From a virus (lineage: Duplodnaviria > Caudoviricetes): 59,671 nucleotides of DNA. The stretch spans positions 1-59,671 of the IMG/VR virus record IMGVR_UViG_3300032311_000698. One strand, 5' to 3'. How positions within the stretch are numbered: the stretch's first letter is position 1; each line of letters begins with the position of its first letter. A program made the translations under genes and the position numbers. Below, piece by piece: positions 10,494 through 20,749 of this stretch. Under the pieces are notes generated by a model, which was given only the letters and a program-made list of their open reading frames with translations, searched no databases and had not been told where the DNA came from.

Positions 10494-11999
10494 ATGCCCT
10501 CAGATACCTACATCTTGACCATTTCCGACGCTGGAGTTTCAGTGCCCGCTACGGATTCCGTTACAAACGCTTCCGTCGCTGCTGGCGCAGCAATCGCGTT
10601 TAGCAAACTTGCTTCTCTGACTAGCGGAAACGTGCTTGTCGGAAACAGCAGCAATGTTCCAACATCCGTTGCCGTTACGGGAGACGTTACAATTTCCAAT
10701 ACTGGCGTGACATCGATTGCCTCTGGAGCCGTCGTCAACGCTGACATCAATGCTTCTGCTGCTATCGCACACTCGAAGCTCGCCTCTATGTCGAGCGGGA
10801 ACATCCTTGTCGGCAGCAGCGGCACTGTCCCTACGTCCGTGGCAGTTACTGGTGACATCACCGTCTCCAGCTCCGGTGTTACCGCGATTGCGAGCGACGC
10901 TGTTACGTTCGCGAAGATGCAAAACGTATCCGGCTACACGATTCTAGGAAAGCCCACCACAGGCTCCGGCGACGCCGCAGAGATTGGCTCCTCTTCCTTT
11001 ATGCTGGAATCGGGTACAGGATTCTTGAGACAGGCAGATGCCTCTACTGCCCGATCGACTTTGGGTTTGGGCACTCTCGCTACCCTAAACTCCTTAACGG
11101 TCGCTACTGGCGGCACTGGACAAACGTCCTACGCCATCGGAGATATTCTGTATGCGAGCGGTTCTACAACCCTATCGAAACTCGCCAGTGGGGCGGCTAA
11201 TACTGTGCTCCGTTCAACCGGACTCCTCACTGCCCCTTCGTATGGGAAGGTTGTCCTCACGACGGATGTTTCAGGCACTTTGCCTGTCGTTAATGGCGGT
11301 ACTGGTGCAGCTACTCTGACTGGTTACGTTAAAGGAACCGGAACGACAGCGATGACTGCGAGCGCGACCGTCCCAGTTGCTGATATTTCAGGGACTCTAC
11401 CCGTCGCCAGCGGCGGAACTGGCGCGGTTACTCTGACTGGTTACGTTAAAGGAACCGGAACGACAGCGATGACTGCGAGCGCGACCGTTCCAGTTGCTGA
11501 TATTTTAGGGACTCTACCAGTAGCTAGCGGTGGAACTAATCAAGTCTCCGTAGCTAGAGGTCAGATCTCCAAGATGACCAGCTTTACGGCTGTAACAGTA
11601 TCTTCAACCGGAACCTACTACCCACTCACAAACGCGGGAACTTTGGACTCCACGGTGAGCACAAACATGATCTTGGGCGCTACGAGCACTTTCTCCATTA
11701 GGAATACTTCTGGTGCGACTAGAGTGTTCCAAATCTATGCCAGTGTTGACGCCACCGCAAGCGCTGACGATATACTTGGGATCATGCTTTACGCGGGTGT
11801 GGCTGGGAGTTTGACTGCGAGAGTAGAAACTGAGTGCCGCGCTTACACCAATTCCACTAATGATGCAGCCAAGTTGGTTACATCATGGATGATCTCCCTC
11901 GCAAATAACGAAGAGGTTGCTGTTTACGTGGCGAACCACTCGGCGACACAAAACATAACAGCGCAAAGAGCTAGAATAGTGGCTCAGGCAGTTCTCTAA
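10494..11999 (+). CDS. Second tail fibre protein
   Basis: AAIAxSKLAS and GTLPVxxGGTG fibre-type repeats; 117-bp internal duplication at about 11312/11429. Confidence 0.75.
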   Translation: MPSDTYILTISDAGVSVPATDSVTNASVAAGAAIAFSKLASLTSGNVLVGNSSNVPTSVAVTGDVTISNTGVTSIASGAVVNADINASAAIAHSKLASMSSGNILVGSSGTVPTSVAVTGDITVSSSGVTAIASDAVTFAKMQNVSGYTILGKPTTGSGDAAEIGSSSFMLESGTGFLRQADASTARSTLGLGTLATLNSLTVATGGTGQTSYAIGDILYASGSTTLSKLASGAANTVLRSTGLLTAPSYGKVVLTTDVSGTLPVVNGGTGAATLTGYVKGTGTTAMTASATVPVADISGTLPVASGGTGAVTLTGYVKGTGTTAMTASATVPVADILGTLPVASGGTNQVSVARGQISKMTSFTAVTVSSTGTYYPLTNAGTLDSTVSTNMILGATSTFSIRNTSGATRVFQIYASVDATASADDILGIMLYAGVAGSLTARVETECRAYTNSTNDAAKLVTSWMISLANNEEVAVYVANHSATQNITAQRARIVAQAVL

Positions 12000-12021
12000 A
12001 TAAAGATTACTACCTACAATT

Positions 12022-13917
12022 ATGGCCATATCACAACTACCACAAGCACCGTATAGACAAGACCGCAAGATCTTCCCAACCCCGATTATTGGGGATGTCT
12101 TGTTTAGTGAAGTACGTGACTGTAATCGTGGTAATCCTTTCCCCGAATACGGTTCCCCGTATCCTAATGCCAATAAATGGCCAGATCATAAGCTCGTCTA
12201 CATCAAGCCAGTAGACATCGAGCGCAACGAGATCTTCGAGTTCTTCTACGCAGCTGATAGGGAGAATCAGGATCTCTACAACTTCTCTTCAGGATATCGA
12301 AACGTAGTTGGCAATGCTGGCGGTCGTGAGTTCCGTGTTGTTCAACGCTCTTACGTAACGCTACGTGAGAACTTTCAGCCGTTAGATATTGAGTTCGGGG
12401 CAGCGATGCCAAACGTTCCAGAAGGCAAGTTTGATGAAGTCGAGTACGTTTTCTTTGATCGCCAACAACAGCGGATCAATGAACAGGAACTGGATTCTCT
12501 GTACGTCGCTGAAGTACACACATATATCGAGATAGCATTTCTAGACTACAAGCTCTCATACGGAACGCAAAAGAGCGATCTCGTTCCAGAGAAGTTTAGA
12601 GCGGCTATCCCTCAGACGACAACGGAACAGATCGTAGAAGGACTCGCTGAACAGCCTACTCTTACTGGATCGCAGCTTTCCGTTACTGAAGACCAGATCA
12701 ATCCTGACATTAAACTCGTAAAGATCGTGTCCAGAGAAGAGCCGGACGACGATATTTCCTTAATTGGGAAGCGGGCTTATGTGGAGGGTGGCCCTCCCGC
12801 TAACACAATAGAAACGTATTCTAAAGATGAAATCGAAGTAGACACTGGCGTAAATGTTGTACAGTCTACTGTCACGCCGTTAGGAGACGGGAGTTTTGTC
12901 AAGGAAACGGTAGAAGTTGAGTCGTGGCCTGAGCTTAAAGGCTCTGAATGGGACTATCTGTTGAACACACAAGTTGTTAGCACACAACAAATGGTTGTTC
13001 CGCCGACAACCTTTAATGAACCAAACACTTCTTACAGAGCAGTAAACGAAGACCGTTCGCTGAAGATTGTCGAAGAAGCCCCAACAGATGCGCTTAATTC
13101 GTATCTTGTTTCTCTGCCTACGAGAACAGATATGCAGCTGCCAGCTGTTCTGAAATCTATTGAAGCTGTCTGGATATCTGATACAGCGATCAGTGATGGA
13201 GATTCATCAGGAACTGGAGTAATGCCGACTGGAGGTGGTGCTAGTCTACAGGCGCAAGCAAGTTCTACCGGAAGCGCGAAACAATCTGCTGTCCCATCGA
13301 TTACGACTGAGATTGAAAACGTCATAGGATCAGATATTTCGGCTACCGCTTATTTCTTTTACTATAATGCTGGAAACGGTTCTATGAATGAAACGAATCT
13401 AGTCAATAGACTTAGCACACTTATAGGACAATCCGTTAATGTGTGGCCGATCTTCAAAGCAAAGTCACACACTATTGTAACTAGAGGTGCATCAGTTTCT
13501 GCTGCGACGAAAGCCTCAGCAGACCAAACAAACGTAATCACTATCGACGGCACTACAGGAACATCTCAATCGAGTGGGGAAGAATTTTCGTGGGCTATCG
13601 ATAGAAGTGTGGACGTAATTAATTTAGGCCCAACAATCCACGCAGCATTAAACATTACTAACGCTAATCAGTATACTGGAATTTCTGCGACTTCTTCAGC
13701 CCGCGCTAGATTAACTGGAGATTTTGATGTGACGGCTTCTACAGCATATACGGCTAACGCACAAGTTAGTATTGTCCCCACTTCATTTCCAGCAACGAGC
13801 CCCGCCGATATTCCTCGATCTGGATTATATATCGTTAGTTCTAAAGCAGAGCCATTCAAATGGGGGTGGGTAAAATGTTTTGCACTAGTGGTAAATGCAA
13901 ATCAGTTCGCTTCTTAA
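12022..13917 (+). CDS. Putative tail structural protein
   Basis: 631-aa beta-rich ORF in the tail block; family not recognised. Confidence 0.5.
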   Translation: MAISQLPQAPYRQDRKIFPTPIIGDVLFSEVRDCNRGNPFPEYGSPYPNANKWPDHKLVYIKPVDIERNEIFEFFYAADRENQDLYNFSSGYRNVVGNAGGREFRVVQRSYVTLRENFQPLDIEFGAAMPNVPEGKFDEVEYVFFDRQQQRINEQELDSLYVAEVHTYIEIAFLDYKLSYGTQKSDLVPEKFRAAIPQTTTEQIVEGLAEQPTLTGSQLSVTEDQINPDIKLVKIVSREEPDDDISLIGKRAYVEGGPPANTIETYSKDEIEVDTGVNVVQSTVTPLGDGSFVKETVEVESWPELKGSEWDYLLNTQVVSTQQMVVPPTTFNEPNTSYRAVNEDRSLKIVEEAPTDALNSYLVSLPTRTDMQLPAVLKSIEAVWISDTAISDGDSSGTGVMPTGGGASLQAQASSTGSAKQSAVPSITTEIENVIGSDISATAYFFYYNAGNGSMNETNLVNRLSTLIGQSVNVWPIFKAKSHTIVTRGASVSAATKASADQTNVITIDGTTGTSQSSGEEFSWAIDRSVDVINLGPTIHAALNITNANQYTGISATSSARARLTGDFDVTASTAYTANAQVSIVPTSFPATSPADIPRSGLYIVSSKAEPFKWGWVKCFALVVNANQFAS

Positions 13918-13929
13918 TCCAATAAAGTT

Positions 13930-14535
13930 ATGGAAAAAGACAATGACATGGATGCGTTCATACGCGAAACTCTCAATTCCTATCAGAGAATTCGGGAAAA
14001 AGATCGTGCTCCAGTACAACAAACTAATATTTCTAGAACCTCAACTAATTTTGGATCAGGAGCACCCCCACTAACGCTTACATCAAACAACACTAGTTCT
14101 GGATCAGTCGGCGGCGGCGGATCTAGCGGAACTTTTCTAGCGTCGCAAGTAACAGACGAAGATGGAATGGTAATAATGATTAATGTTACTTCCGGAAGTT
14201 ACCATATCTTAAATACCAATACAGACGTACCAGCAACGAGCGGCGACGGCAAATATGTTTACGCTGTCATTAAACATAGCAATGCTGGTATCTTTGAAGA
14301 GTTTAATATTGAAGTATCTGAAGAGACAAAAGAACCGACTGAATTAGATGTGACCGAAAAATTTGTTGAGTTTTCAAATATCCTGTTGGCTGAACAAATG
14401 ACGGATAACTCTGTGACTCCTCCGGTGACCAAGATGGTGCAGCGCCGTGTCGGGAATCTTTCTCTTGTGCATCAAGTTGTCAGCGGCAGAATTTGTCTGT
14501 GGGCCTATTCGTCGGGAGGGACATCATTCTTATGA
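13930..14535 (+). CDS. Hypothetical (tail-associated) protein
   Basis: 201-aa ORF, co-oriented and tightly packed. Confidence 0.55.
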   Translation: MEKDNDMDAFIRETLNSYQRIREKDRAPVQQTNISRTSTNFGSGAPPLTLTSNNTSSGSVGGGGSSGTFLASQVTDEDGMVIMINVTSGSYHILNTNTDVPATSGDGKYVYAVIKHSNAGIFEEFNIEVSEETKEPTELDVTEKFVEFSNILLAEQMTDNSVTPPVTKMVQRRVGNLSLVHQVVSGRICLWAYSSGGTSFL

Positions 14536-15611
14536 ACGAATACCAATCAATCGAGATGCATCATTGGGCGTCACAAACTCTTTACGATTCCTATTCTGGC
14601 GACCCGCCATCTCTAGACCCTGAAAATTTCAACAGAAGTGCTTTTTCCGGTGGTCAAATCGCCTTCATCGAAGACGAAAACATTTCCTTTTACGAAGCCG
14701 AATTCAAAGAAAAGTATGGCCCCCCTGTAGATATCGACAGGAAATACTTGAGTATGATATTAGACAAAAAAAAATTAAAAGTGTCGTTGGATATAAATTC
14801 AGAATTTAATGCCGGAGAACCAAGTACCATAACTGGAAAACTCGAAGGGTCTTTTGATTGTTGCGATATATACATATATTCAAGTTTTTATGATATAATA
14901 TTCAAGGGCGCAGCTTGGTGTCGAAGAGACATATCAAGCAGAGCGGCTCAATTAAACCCTAAGGGAGACAATGGTTCATTCTTTGACACACAAATAGGTG
15001 CAGATTTCGATGGTTCTTCCGTCCCCTTAGATGAACTCGACCCTTTCAGTTGGGGAAATATAGGTCAAGGCGTGCAAAATATCGGGGGCTCCCTAATACC
15101 ACAAATGCTTCCTACGGCTGTGTGGTCTGCGGCTCACGAAGCCATGCAATTCGATCCTGAAACCGGTGAAACGATAATTGTTCCGTTAGTTAATTACAGC
15201 ACGAGTAATAGTAATGAGTTGTCTGGAAACTATATTTATAATGCAAGCGTCTATTCAGACTACTATGCCGTAGCTGCCATAGAGTGTGTTGTCGGTTTCA
15301 TTGTTGTAACCCCAACTAAGGTTTATGCGTTTCCAAGCGTCAACGGGGGTTTTGTGGCGGACGATGACGCAATCGGTGTACCGTTTACTTCGGTAGAAAC
15401 AGATACATATCCTGCGCTTAACACTGAGGATCCTTCTACCCCAATCTCTTTCCCATCTTATGCGTCGTCAACCATGACGTTTTTGGGAGTGGAAATCCCC
15501 ATATACTTTTATTATCCAGAGGGAGATTCTACCGGACCCACACTTGAAACATACGAAGGGCTATCCCTAATAGGGACCTCATTCGACATATCGGTCGAAG
15601 AGGAATACTGA
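14532..15611 (+). CDS. Highly acidic hypothetical protein in an AT-richer segment
   Basis: ATG 14532 overlaps the previous stop (ATGA); Asp/Glu/Tyr/Phe-rich. Confidence 0.6.
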   Translation: MNEYQSIEMHHWASQTLYDSYSGDPPSLDPENFNRSAFSGGQIAFIEDENISFYEAEFKEKYGPPVDIDRKYLSMILDKKKLKVSLDINSEFNAGEPSTITGKLEGSFDCCDIYIYSSFYDIIFKGAAWCRRDISSRAAQLNPKGDNGSFFDTQIGADFDGSSVPLDELDPFSWGNIGQGVQNIGGSLIPQMLPTAVWSAAHEAMQFDPETGETIIVPLVNYSTSNSNELSGNYIYNASVYSDYYAVAAIECVVGFIVVTPTKVYAFPSVNGGFVADDDAIGVPFTSVETDTYPALNTEDPSTPISFPSYASSTMTFLGVEIPIYFYYPEGDSTGPTLETYEGLSLIGTSFDISVEEEY

Positions 15612-15622
15612 ACCCTTTACCC

Positions 15623-15651
15623 TTGACCCCCAACCCTTTTTCCTGTAATCT
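15623..15651 (+). promoter_or_regulatory. sigma70-type leaderless promoter
   Basis: TTGACC - 17 nt - TAATCT; ATG 15658 follows 6 nt later. Confidence 0.6.
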
Positions 15652-15657
15652 GCCCCC

Positions 15658-16587
15658 ATGCCAGCCATGACCGTAAAGTCTCTGTCCGACCAGTTGTCGA
15701 ACTATTGTTCGCCTGATCAGCAGTTTTTGCCAGTCCTAAATCTCGTCCTGCCCCGACTATACGCGATGGGCTACTGGCGGGATCTCTGCTACGAGCTGGA
15801 GATTACCACTCCGAACGGCTATTTCTCCCTGCCAGCAGAGGCCGAATCGATCATGTGCGCCACTGTGGACGGCACTCCTAAGAATCTGTGGGCCCAATGG
15901 CACGACTACAAAATCGCTGGAGTTCCCAATAACTACAAAACCTTCCCGATTTTCGGTGTTGTTGATGACGGTTACGGACCCGTAAAGGAAGTCCTGCCCA
16001 ACGATACCAACCATACTTTGCGTTTGGAGCCCATCTCGCCCAACACAACTTTGCCAAACGACGGCTACGTACATGTCGTTTATGAGCGGGTAAGTGGCTC
16101 AATAAGCAACTATTCCTACGATATCAGCAATGCCGCCTCAATGCTGTCGCCCCATACGGACATCCGTAAAGTGGTCGAAGTCCGCTTTGAGGGCATTCCG
16201 GTGAACGTCCGTCTCGTCGGAACAGATGGCACATACACCTACACTCTTGCAGAAGGAAGAGGAGATTTCGTCGCCCGATACAGGCGTTTCCGCACTAACG
16301 AGCCGAACAATGGAGCTACTCAGAAGGTCTTCCTGCTCCTCAAACGGGCGTTCCTGCCACTGATGGACGAGTCCGATATTGTCTATTTGGGCAACGTGAA
16401 CGCCATTAAGTGCGCGATTCTGGCCACTACAGCGGAAGACAACGCTGACATCGAACGCTCTGGCTACCACTGGCAAGTCTGCCGCCAGCTACTGGAGGAG
16501 GAAAAAGATGCCTCCAGAGGCGGTGCGCGACAAGTCTTTACCATCGATCCTTATTCAGGAAACGGGACTCCCTACAACATGTACTAA
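15658..16587 (+). CDS. Putative head-tail adaptor / tail tubular protein
   Basis: Helical N- and C-termini around a beta core, a layout typical of podophage adaptors; position in the tail block. Confidence 0.45.
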   Translation: MPAMTVKSLSDQLSNYCSPDQQFLPVLNLVLPRLYAMGYWRDLCYELEITTPNGYFSLPAEAESIMCATVDGTPKNLWAQWHDYKIAGVPNNYKTFPIFGVVDDGYGPVKEVLPNDTNHTLRLEPISPNTTLPNDGYVHVVYERVSGSISNYSYDISNAASMLSPHTDIRKVVEVRFEGIPVNVRLVGTDGTYTYTLAEGRGDFVARYRRFRTNEPNNGATQKVFLLLKRAFLPLMDESDIVYLGNVNAIKCAILATTAEDNADIERSGYHWQVCRQLLEEEKDASRGGARQVFTIDPYSGNGTPYNMY

Positions 16588-16592
16588 GTAAA

Positions 16593-16835
16593 ATGATTAG
16601 CGACCACTTAACTACTGACTTATCCACCAGCCCTATGTGGTCATACACTAACGGCTTTACTGGAATTGCTGCCTCTACACTAGCCCTAATCACTTCATTT
16701 CAGGAACAACTGGACTGGTGGGTACGCTTTAGCGGCAGCGTTATTCTACTTGCAATCAGTATTATTTCACTGTATAACATGATCAGCCAGCTCATTACGA
16801 AATGGCGCAAGAGAAATAACCCCACAGACAAATGA
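16593..16835 (+). CDS. Membrane protein, putative holin/antiholin
   Basis: Two hydrophobic segments and a basic C-terminus; upstream of the amidase. Confidence 0.55.
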   Translation: MISDHLTTDLSTSPMWSYTNGFTGIAASTLALITSFQEQLDWWVRFSGSVILLAISIISLYNMISQLITKWRKRNNPTDK

Positions 16836-16984
16836 GAACAACCGCACTAGGCATCCTGACTATCGTTGCTACGCTTTCGAGCGTTGGCATCCAAATCCTT
16901 AAAGGAGGTGCGCCCGACTTTATTGGCGCATTTGCAGCAGTTACTGCTGGTATCGGCTTGATCAAGGCCAAAGACGCTAAGTAA
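16832..16984 (+). CDS. 50-aa two-TM holin-like protein (not in ORF track)
   Basis: MRTTALGILTIVATLSSVGIQILKGGAPDFIGAFAAVTAGIGLIKAKDAK; ATGA overlap with the previous gene; adjacent to the amidase. Confidence 0.65.
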   Translation: MRTTALGILTIVATLSSVGIQILKGGAPDFIGAFAAVTAGIGLIKAKDAK

Positions 16985-17006
16985 TCCACAGAAAGGTATT
17001 CACCGC

Positions 17007-17576
17007 ATGCCTAAAAAGATCGCAATTTGTGTAGGCCACAGCCGTTCAGGCGACAAGGGTGCGGTGAATACCGACTGTGTCACTGAATGGGCCTTCAACA
17101 AACCGCTGGCAGATCGCACAGCGGAACTTCTTCGTGACGCAAAGCATGATGTCAAAGTCTGGTCCAAATACAATGGCTCCGAATACAGTAGTGCAATGAG
17201 TTGGATCGCGAAGCAGATTCAGGAATACGGAGCTGATGTCGCTATCGAGCTTCACTTCAACTCCGCCGGACCGAACGCTGAGGGCCACGAGTTCTTGCAT
17301 TGGCATCGCTCTGGCCGCTCTGCCCGACTCGCTTCTTGCTTCCACTTCTCGTTCAAAGAGTTTTTCCCAACTAGAAAAGCTAGAGGACCAAAAGCCATAT
17401 CTGGCATGAATAGGGGTTCCGCTTTCCTTCAACGGACCCACTGTCCGGCTGTCATTCTCGAACCCTATTTCGGCAGCAATGTCGAAGAGACCGCTTTTTA
17501 TTCCGCACGTCGCGAGGAACTTGCCAGAGCTTACGCAGACGCCATCCTCAACTGGCTCGCATCAGAGAGACCGTGA
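17007..17576 (+). CDS. Endolysin, N-acetylmuramoyl-L-alanine amidase (Amidase_3)
   Basis: Zn-amidase motifs ICVGH, TEW, IELHFNS, PAVILEPYF. Confidence 0.9.
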   Translation: MPKKIAICVGHSRSGDKGAVNTDCVTEWAFNKPLADRTAELLRDAKHDVKVWSKYNGSEYSSAMSWIAKQIQEYGADVAIELHFNSAGPNAEGHEFLHWHRSGRSARLASCFHFSFKEFFPTRKARGPKAISGMNRGSAFLQRTHCPAVILEPYFGSNVEETAFYSARREELARAYADAILNWLASERP

Positions 17577-17719
17577 AACCAGACCCATCCAAATCCAAGT
17601 CCAAGAAACAGGTCGCCTATCTACTCTCCAAAGTAAGCCCGCTCTCCAAGAAGCAGCAGGGCAAGCTGAAGGGCGAGCTACACAGCGGAACCGTTAAGGT
17701 CAAGAAGGAGAAGATGTGA
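17573..17719 (+). CDS. 48-aa Lys-rich hypothetical protein (not in ORF track)
   Basis: GTG start overlapping the amidase stop; KKQVAYLLSKVSPLSKKQQGKLKGELHSG. Confidence 0.55.
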   Translation: MKPDPSKSKSKKQVAYLLSKVSPLSKKQQGKLKGELHSGTVKVKKEKM

Positions 17720-17765
17720 GTAGTAGGTCAAGCCAGACTTGATCTATTTAACGCATTTCAAACTT

Positions 17766-18071
17766 ATGAAAAACAAGTGGCCAAAGACCATCATGGTTGC
17801 AGGTAGGCGGGTACGTCTACTCTTCTGCGATCTCGATGACACTTACGGCCAATATAAGCACGACCTCAAGACCATTGAGATTAGTCGTGCGATATCAGAC
17901 TCTGCCAAATTGATCACGATCCGCCACGAACTGATGGAGGCTGCATTGCTTCTTTCCGGAGTAGGATTCGCTGATCGGTATGAGCAGGAACCAGTGGTTC
18001 GTTGTATGGAGGAAATCTTTTTTCCAGCATACGAAGGATTCCTAAAACGTATAGCCAAATCTAATGCTTGA
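17766..18071 (+). CDS. Small zincin-fold-like protein with degenerate HExxH (HELME)
   Basis: YGQY...IEIS...TIRHELMEA...EQE pattern of small phage metallopeptidase-like proteins. Confidence 0.55.
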   Translation: MKNKWPKTIMVAGRRVRLLFCDLDDTYGQYKHDLKTIEISRAISDSAKLITIRHELMEAALLLSGVGFADRYEQEPVVRCMEEIFFPAYEGFLKRIAKSNA

Positions 18072-18618
18072 TCAATTCAAACCCGTTGCAGACGGGGGGT
18101 TTATAGAGTTCCGTCCTTCTGGCGAGGATTTTAAGTTGGCAGCTGAACGGTCTGAGCGGATGGGCGTTCTAGCAAACTCTTACACAAGAGGAGCGGGCCG
18201 GATGAGTGGGATGCTTGGAGAGATTGCGGTAGAGAAATATCTTGGTGGGATAATCGACCACTGTGAAGGATTCTCCAAGAGCTACGACCTAAAGACAAAT
18301 TCCGGAATCACGATCGAGGTCAAAACAAAGAGGGCTCGCTCTATTCCAAAGCCTGAATATGTGGCTTCAGTTGAATTAAAAAAGACACACATGTTCGAGA
18401 ACGATCTATTTGTGTTCCTTCGTTCACATGATTCGATGGTAAAATTGTGGATGCTTGGATGGATCAAGACCAATTCTTTCAAGCGGAGAGCGGACTTTAA
18501 AAAAGCAGGTGAACCCGACGGAGATAGCGGGTTCACCTTTCGTGTGGATGGCTATCACATCCCGATCAGTAAGCTCAAGAAGATGGAGGATCTCCAAAGC
18601 TATCTTGGCTCCTGCTGA
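18064..18618 (+). CDS. PD-(D/E)xK nuclease-like protein
   Basis: GMLGEIAV...YDL...IEVKTK. Confidence 0.6.
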   Translation: MLDQFKPVADGGFIEFRPSGEDFKLAAERSERMGVLANSYTRGAGRMSGMLGEIAVEKYLGGIIDHCEGFSKSYDLKTNSGITIEVKTKRARSIPKPEYVASVELKKTHMFENDLFVFLRSHDSMVKLWMLGWIKTNSFKRRADFKKAGEPDGDSGFTFRVDGYHIPISKLKKMEDLQSYLGSC

Positions 18619-20749
18619 TATCGTACTTCGGATTCATATTGACCTCCCACATCTTCCCGCCTCCTTGCCCGAACGAACGGACTGGGCGGACATGCGTGTT
18701 ACTTCTGAAGGCTTCTTCCATCGTGGCCATGCCACGGCGAACGAATTCAAGGTTGCCAGACATGCCGACGGCGCGACCGTTGTTGAGGTCGTGGAGAGCA
18801 ACTTGGAATTCGGTGAGCGTTCCGGTCCAATGGGTAAGGTCTTTGTTGTAGTCGCGGAGACGCTTCACAAAGAACTCGACCAGTTCAGCCACAGAGCTAC
18901 GGCTTGAGTTGTCGTAGGCAGCAGATGCAATGGTTTCGTCGATATAACTCTTCACACCGAAACGGCTGGCATCGTCGATCTCCGCCGGAACATCCCAATC
19001 CAAAAGCCACTTGGCGAAGTATGGGAGTTCCGAAGCGATCACCTGTTCCAGTTTACCATTCGGAGGGAAGCTACTTGTTGCTTTATTGCTAATCCGCAGT
19101 GCCATCAATTTATCCCTGTTACTGGAATCCAGAGACGGGATAACTGAAAGGCTGTTCGCGTCCATGTTCAATGAGAAGATTACCCGTCCGGTCCAAGGAA
19201 CCGAAATGGCGTCAACATATTTAGCGTGGTACTCGATACGCGGATTGGCAACTGCACGTTTAATGAGTTCGGTAGCTTTCCGCTGGTCTTGGAAAGAAGC
19301 CGCTGACGTCGTGTCGTCAATCACCCACGCAGCTACGCGAGCCAAGTCTTTGTTGAATCTGGTCTGTCCAGACAGATAGTCCGAAGCGTCTGCATACCCA
19401 CCGACGAGTTGCGAGATAACCCTATTTGACAGGAGCGACTTACCCTTATTCGTGGGGCCGACAAGCAGCATAGCCTGTCCTTGGACGAACTGACGATTGA
19501 GTACCGCTGAGTAAAATCGCTTCAGCCACGCATACAAGTATTCAACGGTTGGCCTGCTTCCGGAATTATGGAACAGTTGGCCGAGCCATTGATTGATGAA
19601 CGGCCAATTTGCTACATCTCCGTTGTCGGCGGGCTCGATCGGGTTGATGTTGGCATTGTTGAGGATCCGGTGACTGTTGTATGTCACAACACGATCGTTC
19701 GAGAAAACCACTGGAGCGATCTCGTCGATACGATTCTGGTTGTTAATTACCAAAATTGCTGCTTCCAGCTCCGACAACGGCTGCCCCTTCTTCGGCTTTG
19801 GATTGAATCCAAACTGGCGAAGTTCGAGAATAAGCTGGTCCTTGGGGATATCTACAGCGGTGCTATGGAGAAGTTTGTAGTGACACTTTCCGTTGAACCA
19901 ATATTGATCGAGGAGATTGCCGAGTTTCTTTTGCTCATAGTCTTGAACAAACTTCGCGCCCAAAATCTCTCGCCATGAGACGAAGCCTTTTCCGGCACGG
20001 TCGCTGTAACAGACTACGCCATCTTCGACAATCTGACACCCCTCACGATCGATGCCATCATCGATCCAGAATAGTGGGCCGCGAGATCCGATATCGAATT
20101 CCCCAACCCAACGATTCGGGAAACGCTTTTGGATTTCAGATTCCAACACATCCATCGGGATGGACGTCTCGCTAGTCTGTGGTGGCTTTTCTTTCGCCGC
20201 TTTCATCAAAGCTGTTTGGTAGACAGCTGACGGGACTTTACCGCCGATCTTGACCCAATCTTCTCCGAGTTCAAAGTACTGATTCGGTTTGAGTGACGTG
20301 GTATCGAACCCAGCGAAGACGCGGTCTACCTTCAACGAATCTTTGAGATGCTTCATGAAGATCTCGAACATCTCCATCGTAATGGGGAGGCGGTCTTCAA
20401 ATTCCCATACAAGGCGTACATAACCAGAATAGGTTTTTGAACGCCACGTCGGCATCTTGTCTCCACACTTCATCTTGATAGCGTTGTCGATGGTATCCCA
20501 ATCGACTGGCGCGTCATAGTCTGCAACAACTCCATAGATTGCCGCCGGAGGGTTCTCATTGGTTACTCGTTTAGACGGAGCATCTCCTTCGACGGTACTA
20601 TAGAATACGTGGTCGGTACTGGCGTCTGAACACCATGATCGGTAGGCGGCTTTGCTTTTGTGTTTTTGTTTTGGTTTTGGGAGTCCGCTCAAGTCGGACG
20701 ATTTCTTAGCTTCTGATGAACGTAGGTTCTTAATGTATCGGTATGTCAT
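18575..20749 (-). CDS. Primase-helicase (C-terminal SF3/DUF5906-type NTPase)
   Basis: Walker A LVGPTNKGKS, Walker B WVIDD; N-terminal DYD/SGY primase-like region; adjacent to the polymerase. Confidence 0.7.
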   Translation of the reverse strand: MTYRYIKNLRSSEAKKSSDLSGLPKPKQKHKSKAAYRSWCSDASTDHVFYSTVEGDAPSKRVTNENPPAAIYGVVADYDAPVDWDTIDNAIKMKCGDKMPTWRSKTYSGYVRLVWEFEDRLPITMEMFEIFMKHLKDSLKVDRVFAGFDTTSLKPNQYFELGEDWVKIGGKVPSAVYQTALMKAAKEKPPQTSETSIPMDVLESEIQKRFPNRWVGEFDIGSRGPLFWIDDGIDREGCQIVEDGVVCYSDRAGKGFVSWREILGAKFVQDYEQKKLGNLLDQYWFNGKCHYKLLHSTAVDIPKDQLILELRQFGFNPKPKKGQPLSELEAAILVINNQNRIDEIAPVVFSNDRVVTYNSHRILNNANINPIEPADNGDVANWPFINQWLGQLFHNSGSRPTVEYLYAWLKRFYSAVLNRQFVQGQAMLLVGPTNKGKSLLSNRVISQLVGGYADASDYLSGQTRFNKDLARVAAWVIDDTTSAASFQDQRKATELIKRAVANPRIEYHAKYVDAISVPWTGRVIFSLNMDANSLSVIPSLDSSNRDKLMALRISNKATSSFPPNGKLEQVIASELPYFAKWLLDWDVPAEIDDASRFGVKSYIDETIASAAYDNSSRSSVAELVEFFVKRLRDYNKDLTHWTGTLTEFQVALHDLNNGRAVGMSGNLEFVRRGMATMEEAFRSNTHVRPVRSFGQGGGKMWEVNMNPKYDISRSQDSFGDPPSS

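Noticed and set aside
7374-11999. Diversity-generating retroelement acting on the fibres
   Set aside because: No reverse transcriptase and no TR/VR pair with adenine-specific differences; the repeats are ordinary in-frame duplications
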